From the NCBI RefSeq assembly GCF_006345805.1, contig NW_021829940.1, forward strand, positions 1-34,445: a DNA stretch of 34,445 nucleotides, in the 5' to 3' direction. The stretch's first letter is position 1, and the number at the start of each line of letters is the position of its first letter. Under the pieces are notes generated by a model. It had not been told where the DNA came from, made no database searches, and was given only the letters and a program-made list of their open reading frames with translations. The translations under genes and the position numbers were made by a program. This document shows positions 34,359-34,445 of this stretch, in pieces. This DNA comes from Octopus sinensis (Eukaryota).

Positions 34359-34445
34359 CCTGCGCCGATGAGAGAAGAAGCGGGTAAAGTAGAATTTTCT
34401 AATTCTTACGCTATCCTAAAACTTGATCTCGAAACGTACGTCCGT
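34359..34445 (+). ncRNA. Hammerhead candidate, copy 3 (predicted cleavage after C34442; stem I truncated by the window end)
   Basis: CCTGCG-CCGATGA-GAGA...TCTC-GAAA-CGTACGTC-CGT. Confidence 0.72.

Larger units (their letters stand above)
33148..34445 (+). repeat. Tandem array of ~575-bp units (starts 33148, 33722, 34300), running off the window end; retrozyme or Penelope pLTR-like
   Basis: TGAGATGATGCATTCTAGTATCTCAAAATT recurs at 574- and 578-bp spacing; units are nearly identical. Confidence 0.97.

Overview
Eukaryotic, AT-rich, non-genic (intronic or intergenic) DNA. It is saturated with microsatellites and short interspersed repeats. The repeat families and simple-repeat density resemble an octopus (coleoid cephalopod) genome; this is inference from recognition, not a database check. 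No host protein-coding exon was recognised, and almost all listed ORFs are microsatellite or satellite artefacts. Supported content: (1) at least three tRNA-derived SINE families in about 25 copies or fragments; (2) two 5'-truncated R4/Dong-type non-LTR retrotransposon ends (restriction-like endonuclease) sitting in (TAA)n tracts, plus a three-copy TAA-associated element; (3) an RTE-type LINE remnant with the endonuclease joined directly to the ORF C-terminus; (4) a hAT-like MITE with nested insertions; (5) a ~765-bp inverted duplication; (6) several fold-back remnants next to (TA)n, probably Penelope-like; (7) a tRNA-Phe(GAA) pseudogene; (8) a 2.4-kb 21/22-bp minisatellite whose unit carries a TCF/LEF consensus site. 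The most striking element is at the right end: a tandem array of ~575-bp units, each carrying a type I hammerhead-ribozyme fold with a non-canonical CCGAUGA core, a long stem II and a palindromic stem III. This points to a retrozyme or Penelope-pLTR-like self-cleaving RNA system.
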